Position numbers and translations under genes: made by a program. Below the pieces are notes generated by a model. It saw only the letters and a list, made by a program, of their open reading frames with translations. It searched no databases and was not told where the DNA came from. Shown one piece after another: positions 7,208 to 16,736 of a stretch of 61,225 nucleotides of DNA. The stretch covers positions 1 to 61,225 of the forward strand of contig CAZOQX010000004.1 of the NCBI GenBank assembly GCA_964582465.1. Reading direction: 5' to 3'. Source of the stretch: an uncultured Candidatus Saccharibacteria bacterium (GTDB taxonomy: Bacteria; Patescibacteriota; Saccharimonadia; UBA4664; CAZOQX01). Position 1 is the first letter of the stretch; every line of letters starts with the position of its first letter.

Positions 7208-8975
7208 AAAAACCGTCGTGAGCATTCCTGAGGTAGTTCGGGTGGGTGATTTTGCCGAAAGACTGGGGTTGCCGGTATCCAGAGTAATTACCGAGCTGAT
7301 GAAAAACGGTGTCATGGCGACAATTAATGAGCAGATCGATTTTGATACGGCCACTATTATTGGTTCGGACTTGGGCTTTGAGATTACGCCTGAGACGGCT
7401 ACAGCTGAGTCTGCGGCGTCGACAGAGCAGACCGCTCCTGCCGACGAGGGAGAGGAAGCTCACTTGGCTGCTAGACCGCCAATTGTGGCTGTCATGGGTC
7501 ACGTTGACCATGGTAAGACCTCCTTGCTTGATGCTATTCGCGAGTCCAACGTAGTATCCCAGGAGGCGGGTGGTATTACACAGCACATTGGAGCTTATCA
7601 AATCACCCATAAGAATCGAGTCATTACATTTCTAGACACGCCTGGGCACGAGGCTTTTTCGGCTCTAAGGGCTCACGGCGCCAAAATGACTGATGTTGCC
7701 ATTATTGTGGTCGCGGCTGATGATGGTGTGAAACCCCAAACCGTGGAAGCGATCGAGCATGCTAAGGCGGCTGGAATTCAAATGGTGATTGCCATTAACA
7801 AAGTTGATAAAGAGGGGTCCGATCCGTTGCGGGTCAAACAGCAGCTCAGTGAGCTGGAGCTCGCACCCGAAGAGTGGGGCGGTAAGACCGTCATGGTGGA
7901 GGTTTCAGCTAAGTCCAAACAAAATATCGACCAACTTCTCGACATGGTTTTGCTGGTCGCCGATATTGAAGAAATTAAAGCTCGTGAAGATGGTCCAGCC
8001 GAAGGGGTTATTGTCGAGTCGCATCTCGCAACCGGCAAGGGGCCGGTGGCGACCTTACTAGTACAGCAAGGCATTTTGAAGGTGGGCGATTTTTTAGTCA
8101 CCGGCAGCACTTACGGCAAAGTCCGGAGCTTAGATGATTATCGTGGCAAGAAGTTGAAGCAAGCCACACCTGGTATGCCGGCCGTCATCTCCGGTTTAAA
8201 AATTGTGCCGGCCTTCGGCGATTATTTCCAAGCAGTCAGCAGCGAAAAAGAGGCAAAGGATCAGGTATCAAATAACCTGCGCGCAGAATCGATCAAGAGT
8301 TTGGTAAAGACCAAGAAGATTGGGGCCGGTGAGCTGGCTGCTGTTATCTCGGCGGGTCAAATCAAGGAATTAAACTTGGTGATCAAGGCCGATGTACAAG
8401 GCTCAATCGAAACTTTGGCCGAAAGTCTAAATGAGCTTAAAAACGATGAGGTAGCGGTAAATATCGTCAGCTCGGGAGTTGGTGATATTGGCGAAAACGA
8501 TATCAATTTTGCGAAGTCGGCCGGAGCCTTAGTGCTCGGATTTAACGTTAGCATTAGCGCCACGGTGCGTCAGCTGGCTCTGCGGGAACAGGTCAACGTG
8601 AGGATGTACCGGGTAATTTATGAACTGCTCGATGATGTCCGCGATATGCTGAGTTCGATGCTTGCGCCCGAAATTATTGAGCATCAGGCGGCGCGCCTGG
8701 AAGTGTTGGGAGTTTTCAAAACTACTAAATCTGTGACAATTTGCGGCGGCCGTGTGGTTTCGGGCAAAATTGAGCCTAACTTGAAACTGAGAATTAATCG
8801 AGGCGGCGAAGTCATCGGCGAGGGCAAGCTCACCAGTTTGCAAAAAGAGCAACAGCAGGCCAAAGAAGTGCTGGAAGGTGAACTTTGTGGCATGAGTGTA
8901 GAAACGGGTACACCGGTAAAAGTGGGTGACGTGCTCGAATTCTATACCACTGAGTCGCGCGCCAGACGGCTATGA
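7191..8975 (+). CDS. infB: Translation initiation factor IF-2 (short N-terminus)
   Basis: G-domain motifs GHVDHGKTSLLD, DTPGH and NKVD. 594 aa. Confidence 0.97.
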   Translation: MPEPAEKTVVSIPEVVRVGDFAERLGLPVSRVITELMKNGVMATINEQIDFDTATIIGSDLGFEITPETATAESAASTEQTAPADEGEEAHLAARPPIVAVMGHVDHGKTSLLDAIRESNVVSQEAGGITQHIGAYQITHKNRVITFLDTPGHEAFSALRAHGAKMTDVAIIVVAADDGVKPQTVEAIEHAKAAGIQMVIAINKVDKEGSDPLRVKQQLSELELAPEEWGGKTVMVEVSAKSKQNIDQLLDMVLLVADIEEIKAREDGPAEGVIVESHLATGKGPVATLLVQQGILKVGDFLVTGSTYGKVRSLDDYRGKKLKQATPGMPAVISGLKIVPAFGDYFQAVSSEKEAKDQVSNNLRAESIKSLVKTKKIGAGELAAVISAGQIKELNLVIKADVQGSIETLAESLNELKNDEVAVNIVSSGVGDIGENDINFAKSAGALVLGFNVSISATVRQLALREQVNVRMYRVIYELLDDVRDMLSSMLAPEIIEHQAARLEVLGVFKTTKSVTICGGRVVSGKIEPNLKLRINRGGEVIGEGKLTSLQKEQQQAKEVLEGELCGMSVETGTPVKVGDVLEFYTTESRARRL

Positions 8976-9304
8976 GCCAGCGCACCGCCAAGATGGCAAG
9001 TGTCATTCAGCAAATTATTGCCGCAGAATTATTAATTCGCCTTGGTCCTGATGCCGCGCTGGTGACAGTAACGGCAGTCGAAGTGGCGCCCGATCTTAAA
9101 ACTGCTACCGGCTGGATTGGTCTAATTCCTGATGACGAGGCCGCCCGGCAGGCTTTATTTACTCAGGTGCTGACACATCGCGAAGAGCTTCAGGCCGCCG
9201 TCGCCAAGAGCCTGAAGGCAAAGTTCACCCCACGCCTAATCTTAAAATTAGATTCTAGTGGCGCCTACGCTCAGCATATCGATACTTTACTTCGTGACTT
9301 ATAA
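8972..9304 (+). CDS. rbfA: Ribosome-binding factor A
   Basis: 110 aa, start/stop overlap with infB, typical RbfA N-terminus (R..K....IQQ.I...L). Confidence 0.85.
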   Translation: MSQRTAKMASVIQQIIAAELLIRLGPDAALVTVTAVEVAPDLKTATGWIGLIPDDEAARQALFTQVLTHREELQAAVAKSLKAKFTPRLILKLDSSGAYAQHIDTLLRDL

Positions 9305-9339
9305 CGCTTAAGCTGTAATCAAATTAGGTAAGGGCGTAA

Positions 9340-10497
9340 ATGCCAGGTCCAGAGGAAGTACAACCAAACGGTCAGGGTGGCTTTGAGGCTGCCAGTGCTC
9401 TCCAACAGGCACTTCAGGAAGCAGCCGAGGCTCATCGTGATATCCTGCAACACGAAGTAGATAGCCTTGATTCAAGGCGTGATCCCGGTGTTGAGCCGGC
9501 CCGTGGCAATTTTTTGTTTGCGCGCTACAAGCCAGAGACCGAGGAGCCGAGTCCGAACGGGCATAGCTCAAATGGCCACAAGGAGTCTAAGCCCATCGCA
9601 GCCGAGGAGCCGAAGCCAGCGCTCGAGTCTGAGCAGTTCCATTATGACAAACTATATCCGCGCGCTAACCATCCATCAAGCCGTAGGCAGGGTGAGGAAG
9701 GGCGCGTTACAAATTCCGAAGCCTGGCGCCTTGCGGCTGAAGAAGTTAAGTTGCATGAAGAGGCCGCCAAACCCTATCGTGAAGCGGAGCTGGGAGCGGA
9801 AAGAAGCCTCAAGGCTGCTGATAGGCTGCGCCGGTCTGATCACGCCCAGGCGGGTGAGCTGCTGCGCGCCAAAGCTAGAGCCAAGTTAGCGGATCTGCGC
9901 GACCAGTCCACGGTCGTATCTAAGCGCGTCAGCGTGGAATTTAACTCCGAGCAGGATCGAGTGAATCAAAAAATCGCTGATAATATTAGCAAGGTTTCTG
10001 AAGCGGAGGAGATTGTTCAATCGGGGAACGAGAAAGCCCTGGCGGTAGATCTGATTGACCCTAACTGGGACGTGATAAATAGTGAGCGTCGAGCTTTGGG
10101 CCGCAGTAATGAGCCGTTTTACGTCAGAAAAGTCGGTGGCAAGAGCAAAGACATCGAGTATTATTTCACTACTACCGACCCGAGCGTGGTGATGGTTGAG
10201 CGGGTTAGTTTGAGAGCGGGGCGGTTGACGGGAATGGGAGCTGTGGTAGCAAGAGAAGCCGTCACGGTTGGTCGCAAGGGTCGGCAGAGGCCCTCGAAAG
10301 AGGTTATGCAGCTGAGTGCGCTGGTTAACTTTTGGGCGCCACATCGAGCTGCCGACCAGCCCAAAGTTCCTCGGCGTGAGCAGGTGCAATACGCAGTCAA
10401 TAATTTAGGCAGCGGCTCGGCTGCAGTTTACGAAAGCTTGGTGCCGCGGCGTAAGCGCAAGGGCCCCGATTGGATGTCGCGGTTGATTAACCGCTAG
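9340..10497 (+). CDS. Hypothetical protein (charged coiled-coil N-half, globular C-half)
   Basis: 385-aa ORF with native codon usage, in the operon position usually held by truB. No motif recognised. Confidence 0.6.
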   Translation: MPGPEEVQPNGQGGFEAASALQQALQEAAEAHRDILQHEVDSLDSRRDPGVEPARGNFLFARYKPETEEPSPNGHSSNGHKESKPIAAEEPKPALESEQFHYDKLYPRANHPSSRRQGEEGRVTNSEAWRLAAEEVKLHEEAAKPYREAELGAERSLKAADRLRRSDHAQAGELLRAKARAKLADLRDQSTVVSKRVSVEFNSEQDRVNQKIADNISKVSEAEEIVQSGNEKALAVDLIDPNWDVINSERRALGRSNEPFYVRKVGGKSKDIEYYFTTTDPSVVMVERVSLRAGRLTGMGAVVAREAVTVGRKGRQRPSKEVMQLSALVNFWAPHRAADQPKVPRREQVQYAVNNLGSGSAAVYESLVPRRKRKGPDWMSRLINR

Positions 10498-11429
10498 CGT
10501 AAGTAACCGCGAATAAATTCACTAGCCGACATTTCATTTTTTCCAGCGGGTTTTAAACGATCGATGCAGAGTTTGCCGTTACCAGTTGGGACCATCAGCA
10601 ACTTAGTGTCGGCTACGCTGTCTATCTCACCAATTTGTAGTTCAGGGTCATCAGCGGGAATCACATGCGCCTCGGTAACGGTGATTTCCTTTCCGAAGAG
10701 AGTGGTATAGCTACCTGGCCAGCCAAGGTAAGCCCGAATTTCGCGCTCAATTTGAGCGGCCGGTTTTTGCCAATCAATCGCCCCGTCAGACTTAGCGACT
10801 TTGGCGGTAAAGGTCGCTTTTGACTCGTCTTGTGGCATCGGTTCTAGATTGCCTGCAAGGATTTTTTCTAGATTAGTTTGCAGAATTTGCGCACCTAATT
10901 TACTCAAAACCTCTGCTAACTCAAGCCGAGTTTCTCGGCCCGAAAGTGAGTGTTCGATTTGGGCGTAAATCGGCCCCGCGTCTAGCTCCTCGCTAATTTG
11001 CATTAGTGTCACGCCAGTCTTGTTGTCGCCGGCTAAAATGGCGGCTTCGATTGGCGCCGGCCCGCGGTATTTGGGCAAAAGCGAAGGGTGCAAATTTAAA
11101 ATGCCTTGAGGAAAAATTTCGATAATCGAGGCCGGGACGATCTGACCCAGCGAGACCAGGACGCCCATATTGGGTTGAAGTCGTCGAATCTCATCTGCAA
11201 GATCGGCTAATTTGCTGGCCTGCAGGACGGGGATGTGGTGAGCGAGTGCAAGGCGTTCGGCGCCATTTACAGCCGTCTTCAACCCGCGCCCTTGGGGCAG
11301 GTTGGGCTTGGTGACAATGGCGGCAACGGCGTAGCCGGCCGTAAGCAGAGCTTCAAGCGAAGGAATGTGACCTTCGGCTGAGCGAAAATCATCACCGCCA
11401 AAGTAGACTATTTTAGGTGGTGTGTTCAT
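10494..11429 (-). CDS. fmt: Methionyl-tRNA formyltransferase
   Basis: ILNLHPSLLPKYRGPAPI motif, adjacent to def. Confidence 0.95.
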   Translation of the reverse strand: MNTPPKIVYFGGDDFRSAEGHIPSLEALLTAGYAVAAIVTKPNLPQGRGLKTAVNGAERLALAHHIPVLQASKLADLADEIRRLQPNMGVLVSLGQIVPASIIEIFPQGILNLHPSLLPKYRGPAPIEAAILAGDNKTGVTLMQISEELDAGPIYAQIEHSLSGRETRLELAEVLSKLGAQILQTNLEKILAGNLEPMPQDESKATFTAKVAKSDGAIDWQKPAAQIEREIRAYLGWPGSYTTLFGKEITVTEAHVIPADDPELQIGEIDSVADTKLLMVPTGNGKLCIDRLKPAGKNEMSASEFIRGYLR

Positions 11430-11961
11430 GCTTTAAAGGGGTAAATTTGCCGTCCGGTTCCAAGTGAAAAAGATTGCTCGGCTCCTCAACCCGGTCGACG
11501 AAGAGCAGGCCATTAGTGTGATCAATTTCATGTTGGAGAACCCGCGCTACAAAGCCGGTTGCACTGGTTCGTATGCTTTTACCTTCCAGATTCAGTGCTT
11601 TTAACTTAATTTTAGGGTAGCGCTTAACCTTGCCGTAGAGCTCGGGTACGCTCAGGCAGCCCTCCATCGACTCCACCGGCTCGCCCTCAGCTTTAACAAT
11701 CTCTGGGTTGATAAAAACTCGGAAATTGCCATCATTCTTGTCCTTGAATTGTTTTCTAACTACGATGAGGCGGTAGAGCTTGTCCACCTGTACGGCGGCC
11801 AGTGCCACTCCGATCTCGTGTTCGCGCCCGTCTTCCCAGTCGAGGGTGGCAGCAATCATGTCTTTAGCTAATTTATGCACCTGGTCATCAATTTGGGCAA
11901 TCCGCTTGGACTTTTGGTGTAAGTGAGGATTAGGCAGGGTAATAATATCGTCTTTGGTCAT
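11413..11961 (-). CDS. def: Peptide deformylase
   Basis: EGCLSVP and HEIDH metal-binding motifs. Confidence 0.95.
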   Translation of the reverse strand: MTKDDIITLPNPHLHQKSKRIAQIDDQVHKLAKDMIAATLDWEDGREHEIGVALAAVQVDKLYRLIVVRKQFKDKNDGNFRVFINPEIVKAEGEPVESMEGCLSVPELYGKVKRYPKIKLKALNLEGKSIRTSATGFVARVLQHEIDHTNGLLFVDRVEEPSNLFHLEPDGKFTPLKHEHTT

Positions 11962-11969
11962 ACTTTATA

Positions 11970-13904
11970 TTATAGAAGACTAATCGGGTCTAAGTCGAAG
12001 CTCCAGCCGGCGGGGAGACTATTTGCAATCTCGACCAAGCGTTTGCGCTCGGGACTTTTAAGGATTAGCTGCCAGTGCTGTTTACCCCCGGCGTATTGTC
12101 TAAAAGCCGGAGCAGGACCAAGCACTTGAACGTAGGGCTGCGTGAGTGCTTGAGCTAGTTTTTCGGCGGCCTTATGGGCAGCCTGGTCGCTCTTGCGCCC
12201 GATGGTAACTTTCATAAGGTATCTGAAAGGAGGGTAACCGAGCAATCGGCGGTGCTCTAGCTCGTGGGCGCAGAAGGAATCATAGTCGCTTGCGGCCGCG
12301 AGCTGAATAGCGGGGTGGTCAGGAGCGTATGATTGGACAATTACCTGACCAGTTTGCTTGCGCCGACCGGCTCGTCCGGCGGCTTGTAAAATGAGCTGAA
12401 ACGTCCGCTCGGCCGCGTTGTAGTCGGGCAGGTTTAAGCTCATATCGGCGAGCACCACGCCCACCGTATCGAGCTTGGGTAAGTCAAAACCTTTGGCCAC
12501 CATTTGTGTGCCGATCAAAATATCAATCTTACCTTGATATAGCTCGGCATATAACTCCGGCAGCGATTTGGTTTCGAGGCTATCTTTATCCCAGCGCAGA
12601 ACCCGGGCAGTGGGGAAAAATTCTAAAACTTCAGCTTCGATGCGTTTGGTGCCGCCACCCAGGTACCGCCACTCACTGGCACCACAGTTGGAGCAGACCG
12701 CCGGAGGGGCTTGGTTGAAATTGCACCAGTGACACACCAGCCGCATTAGGTCGGCATGGAAGGTGATGGGCAAGTGGCAATTGGGGCAGCTTACGGCCTG
12801 GCCGCAGGCAGTGCAAAGCTGGCTGGAGGCGCTGCCGCGGCGGTTTAAAAAGAGCAAACTTTGCCGCTTGGCTTGGAGGGTTTGATCGAGCGCCGCGAGT
12901 AACGGTTCGGACAGGAACTGGCTGCGTTTTAACACGGGTTCGGTTTTTAAGTCGACGATTCGAACTTTGCTCGTCGGGCCGAATTTTTGGGTTAGCTCGA
13001 TCTGCTTGAGCCGTCCGCGCCGTACTAGAAAGACGTCTGTGATCGGCGGAGTGGCACTGCCCAGCACCAGTTTAGCGCCTGTTAGCCCAGCTAATTTTCC
13101 GGCAACCGCTGCCGCGTGATAGCGAGGTGATTGTTCTTGCTTGTAGCTCGGCTCGTGGCACTCATCAATCACGATTAATCCGAGGTTGGGGACTGGCAAA
13201 AAGAGGGCTGAGCGCGGACCGACGGCGATCTTTGGGCCACGCGACTTCAGGGCGCCAAGCCAAGCCTGGTGGCGTTGGCTTTGTCCGAGAGCGGAATGAT
13301 AGGTAATGACGGACTCGCCAAAGCGTTGAGTGAAGCGGCCGAGAATTTGAGTAGTAAGGGCAATTTCGGGCACTAGAATAATAGATGACTGGCCGCGGTT
13401 TAAAGCTCTTTGGGCGAGCTCCAGGTAAACTTCAGTCTTACCGGAGCCAGTAACACCCTTCAATAGGAAGAATTGGTCTTTGCCCTCCTCAACTTCTCGC
13501 ACTGCGACTGTCTGCTCGGCCGTGAGCTCGACCGGTCCGGCTTCAAGATGTCCCGTATCCGGTAGCCCGGCAGCTGGGGCTCGGCGTTTGCGCGCCAGGC
13601 CACTTGGCAGGATGGTTTGCCAAACCTGGCCTAGCCCGGCAGCGTAATATTCGCCGAGCCAGCTCGCCAGCGCTAATAAGTGCTTAGGCAAGCCGGGCCC
13701 ATCGAGCGTCGAGCTGATGGCTTTGGTGGCAAAGCTCGGTTTGGCGGTTTTTGACATCACCACGCCTTGGGCGGCTTTGCGCCCGAAGGGAATTTGCACC
13801 AGAGTACCGGCGGCAATCTCGTGCTCGCTATGATAAGTAAAGGCGGTCACGCTTGTGCCGCCCTGCGCAATTGGTGCCACCAGATAATAGTGAAGGTTGG
13901 GCAT
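11970..13904 (-). CDS. priA: Primosomal protein N' (replication restart helicase)
   Basis: Walker A GVTGSGKT, DECHE box, Cys-rich zinc insertion (CTACGQAVSCPNC...CHWC...CSNCG). Confidence 0.95.
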   Translation of the reverse strand: MPNLHYYLVAPIAQGGTSVTAFTYHSEHEIAAGTLVQIPFGRKAAQGVVMSKTAKPSFATKAISSTLDGPGLPKHLLALASWLGEYYAAGLGQVWQTILPSGLARKRRAPAAGLPDTGHLEAGPVELTAEQTVAVREVEEGKDQFFLLKGVTGSGKTEVYLELAQRALNRGQSSIILVPEIALTTQILGRFTQRFGESVITYHSALGQSQRHQAWLGALKSRGPKIAVGPRSALFLPVPNLGLIVIDECHEPSYKQEQSPRYHAAAVAGKLAGLTGAKLVLGSATPPITDVFLVRRGRLKQIELTQKFGPTSKVRIVDLKTEPVLKRSQFLSEPLLAALDQTLQAKRQSLLFLNRRGSASSQLCTACGQAVSCPNCHLPITFHADLMRLVCHWCNFNQAPPAVCSNCGASEWRYLGGGTKRIEAEVLEFFPTARVLRWDKDSLETKSLPELYAELYQGKIDILIGTQMVAKGFDLPKLDTVGVVLADMSLNLPDYNAAERTFQLILQAAGRAGRRKQTGQVIVQSYAPDHPAIQLAAASDYDSFCAHELEHRRLLGYPPFRYLMKVTIGRKSDQAAHKAAEKLAQALTQPYVQVLGPAPAFRQYAGGKQHWQLILKSPERKRLVEIANSLPAGWSFDLDPISLL

Positions 13905-13937
13905 ACTTTTATTATAGAAGTTATGTAAACTTTAGAT

Positions 13938-14594
13938 ATGTATTTTCGGAATCGAGCTGAGGCGGGTGAATTACTAGCGGGTCAGCTGAGCCCCTTTCGT
14001 TACGAGAACACGGCAGTACTTGCACTGTCGGCAAACGGTGTTTTGGTGGGTGAGCAAATCGCCTCGAAACTGCATTGCGGCTTGAGCCTGCTTTTAATGT
14101 CCAAAATTGATGCTCGCGGCGATCAGGCCTTGGTGCTGGGCGCCCTCGACCACTCCGGTACGTTCACCCTGAATGACATGATTCCAGCGGGAGAAATGGA
14201 AGAGTACATGCAGGATCAGCGGGGGTATCTGGAAGAGACCAAAATTCAAAAACTCTACGATATGACTGCCATCGTCGGCGAGGGTGGTATCACCGAACCC
14301 GAGCTTTTAACCGGCCGCAACGTTATTATTACAAGCGACGGTGTAAAAACTGGGCTATCGTTCGAAGCTGCCCTGCATTTTCTAAAACCGATTTCGACGG
14401 AGCGAATAATTGGCGCGATTCCAGTCGGTCCTATTGACGTGATTGAGCGTCTGCGCACCCAGTGCGACGAGTTTCATTATTTGTATGTGCCGGATAATTT
14501 TATGACGATTGATCACTACTTCGAAGATAATGTGAAGCCCGGCCCAGAGGTTATAACGGGTATTATCAATTCCATTGTTCACAAGTGGAGTTAG
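13938..14594 (+). CDS. Putative phosphoribosyltransferase (COG1926-like)
   Basis: N-terminus FRNRAEAGELLAGQL and a PRTase-like VIITSDGVKTG loop. Confidence 0.65.
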   Translation: MYFRNRAEAGELLAGQLSPFRYENTAVLALSANGVLVGEQIASKLHCGLSLLLMSKIDARGDQALVLGALDHSGTFTLNDMIPAGEMEEYMQDQRGYLEETKIQKLYDMTAIVGEGGITEPELLTGRNVIITSDGVKTGLSFEAALHFLKPISTERIIGAIPVGPIDVIERLRTQCDEFHYLYVPDNFMTIDHYFEDNVKPGPEVITGIINSIVHKWS

Positions 14595-14646
14595 CTGCTT
14601 GGTGAAACCGCTTGAACGGTTCATAATTTAGCCATACCTCGACAAG

Positions 14647-15321
14647 TTGGAGATTGCGATGACTGCCGACGAGCTGTTTGAGATGCCGAAGCTGACTGAC
14701 CTGCAGGGACAGACCTTGGTTTCAATTCTGGCAGGGGAGATATGGTTCTACCACGGCACAGTTCTTAGGAACTTGCTGGCCAAAGGTCTGGTGGAGCACG
14801 CTCCCGGCACAAAGGTAACACTAACGGATTACGGCCGGTTGGTCGCCGAACGGGTACGAGAAAAGACCATCCAGCTCGAAGGCGCCCGCCTGGCCCGTGA
14901 AGTCTCAGATCTGTTGCGCCAAACGGCCAGCAATCTGCATCAGCCGCCGCAAGTGCGACCAGATTATCGGCCGGTGCCTGTGCAGCCGGAGAACGTGGCC
15001 TCGTGGACGGCGGGTGAGGCTAGGCAACAGGAATACAACCTAACTATGAACTGGCTGACGGACCCGGCTCGGCTGGCCCTGACCAAGCAACTGCTGCGTT
15101 GCGGCCACGTCCACAGCTGTACCAGCTGTGCCCAGCGTGAGCAGATGAGCTTGGGGCTTGAGCGTGCGCTGAGCATCCTCGCGGCGGAGCTGAATCTCAT
15201 CAAGCAGAAAGAGGGCTATCGGGCTGAGGACCTCCGAAGGGCCCGACTGCTGGCGAAGAATCTCGCCCAAGCCATCATGAGTTCCCTCGGCATTGAGGAG
15301 AAGCAGTCCAACGAGGGTTAG
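14647..15321 (+). CDS. Hypothetical protein with MarR-like winged-helix N-terminus (GC-rich cassette B)
   Basis: 224-aa ORF (TTG 14647, or ATG 14659). The segment LTDLQGQTLVSIL...LLAKGLVE...VTLTDYGRLV resembles a wHTH. G/C-ending codons and a GC-rich terminator. Confidence 0.55.
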   Translation: MEIAMTADELFEMPKLTDLQGQTLVSILAGEIWFYHGTVLRNLLAKGLVEHAPGTKVTLTDYGRLVAERVREKTIQLEGARLAREVSDLLRQTASNLHQPPQVRPDYRPVPVQPENVASWTAGEARQQEYNLTMNWLTDPARLALTKQLLRCGHVHSCTSCAQREQMSLGLERALSILAAELNLIKQKEGYRAEDLRRARLLAKNLAQAIMSSLGIEEKQSNEG

Positions 15322-15344
15322 CACGCCCCACCACTCGAGGTTGG

Positions 15345-15380
15345 AGGGTCCGCGGTTACGCGGACCCTCTTGCTTTCTTC
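15345..15380 (+). terminator. Rho-independent terminator
   Basis: 11-bp perfect stem GAGGGTCCGCG-GTTA-CGCGGACCCTC followed by TTGCTTTCTT. Confidence 0.85.
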
Positions 15381-15413
15381 TGGCGGCATTTTTTGCTATA
15401 GTCCGGATAGCTT

Positions 15414-16736
15414 ATGAAACGTATTCGTCTAAAGTTTTGGCTGATACTAGTGCTTGCGATTGGGGCGACAATTCTGGCCTACCCTCGCGAGGGTGACATT
15501 CTGCATCTGGTCGGCATTAAGTCGCAGCTGAAGCTTCGCCAAGGTTTGGATTTGCAGGGTGGTGCGCACCTGGTTTATCAGGCCGATATGTTCAAGGTGG
15601 CTTCGGGCGATCGCGCCGGCGCCATGTCGGGACTGATTAACGTCATTGAGCGCCGGGTTAACCCCAGCGGTACCAATGAAGTAATCGTGCAGACTGCGAG
15701 CAACAACCGCGTGATCGTGGAACTGCCCGGTGTGCAAAATGCTTCTGAGGCCATTAACTTAATCGGTCAAACGGCTAATTTGGTTTTTTACCAGGTGCCG
15801 GCCAACGCTACCGGGCCGCAAGATTTGCAGCCGACTGGTATCACCGGGAAGGACATTAATCGTGCTGATCCCGACTTTGATGTGACTAAGAACCAACCGG
15901 TAGTGCGTCTGCAGCTTAAGTCTGGTGATGCCACTAATCGCTTCGCCCAAATTACTACTGAGCTGAGCCAAAGCGGTGGCCGGCTGGTGACTTATCTTGA
16001 TCAAACGATTGTGTTTGGTCCGGCTAATGTGCTTAACCCCATCACCGACGGCACCGCTCAGCTGGAAGGTAACTTCACGGTGCCGGAAGCTAAGAAGGTG
16101 GCGCAGCTGATCAATGCCGGCGCCTTGCCGGTACCAATCAAGCTGGTGGAGCAGCAAACCGTCGGGCCGACGCTAGGGAAGGAATCAGTGCACAAAAGTG
16201 TGATCGCCGGGATGATTGGCCTGGGCGTGGTGGCGCTCTTCATGCTGCTTTATTACCGTGTATTGGGCGGGGTGGCCGTGCTCGCCCTGTTTGTCTATAC
16301 CGTCCTTACACTCACGCTTTACAAGTTGAGCGCGCTCACGCCGTACACCATCACCATCACCCTGGCCGGTATTGCCGGTTTTATTTTAAGTATTGGCATG
16401 GCGGTCGATGCCAATATTCTAATTTTTGAGCGCATGAAAGAGGAGTTGCGCCTGGGTAAAAGCCTGGTTGCGGCGGTGGAGGCTGGCTTTGATCGGGCTT
16501 GGACCAGTATTCGTGACTCAAACATCTCCACCCTGATTACTTGCGTAATTTTGTATGAATTTTCGGGCAGTGTGCCAATTATCAAGGGATTTGCGGTTAC
16601 TCTGGGTCTGGGTGTGTTGGTGAGTTTATTTACTGCAGTAGTAATTAGCCGTACCTGGCTAAGGCTGCTGATTAAAACTGGTTTTGCCAAACGGTTGATT
16701 CCGCGGGCCTTCGGGCTGAAAGAGGAAGTGGCATGA
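15414..16736 (+). CDS. secD: Protein translocase subunit SecD
   Basis: 440 aa, with a periplasmic domain and a C-terminal 6-TM region. Overlaps secF. Confidence 0.93.
   Translation: MKRIRLKFWLILVLAIGATILAYPREGDILHLVGIKSQLKLRQGLDLQGGAHLVYQADMFKVASGDRAGAMSGLINVIERRVNPSGTNEVIVQTASNNRVIVELPGVQNASEAINLIGQTANLVFYQVPANATGPQDLQPTGITGKDINRADPDFDVTKNQPVVRLQLKSGDATNRFAQITTELSQSGGRLVTYLDQTIVFGPANVLNPITDGTAQLEGNFTVPEAKKVAQLINAGALPVPIKLVEQQTVGPTLGKESVHKSVIAGMIGLGVVALFMLLYYRVLGGVAVLALFVYTVLTLTLYKLSALTPYTITITLAGIAGFILSIGMAVDANILIFERMKEELRLGKSLVAAVEAGFDRAWTSIRDSNISTLITCVILYEFSGSVPIIKGFAVTLGLGVLVSLFTAVVISRTWLRLLIKTGFAKRLIPRAFGLKEEVA

Noticed and set aside
9886-10389. 167-aa antisense ORF inside the 385-aa hypothetical gene. 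Similar antisense ORFs: 50339..50866(-), 29775..30251(-), 16672..17133(-), 45566..46042(-), 48019..48534(+).
   Set aside because: Each is fully embedded opposite a better-supported gene, and none has motifs or translation signals.
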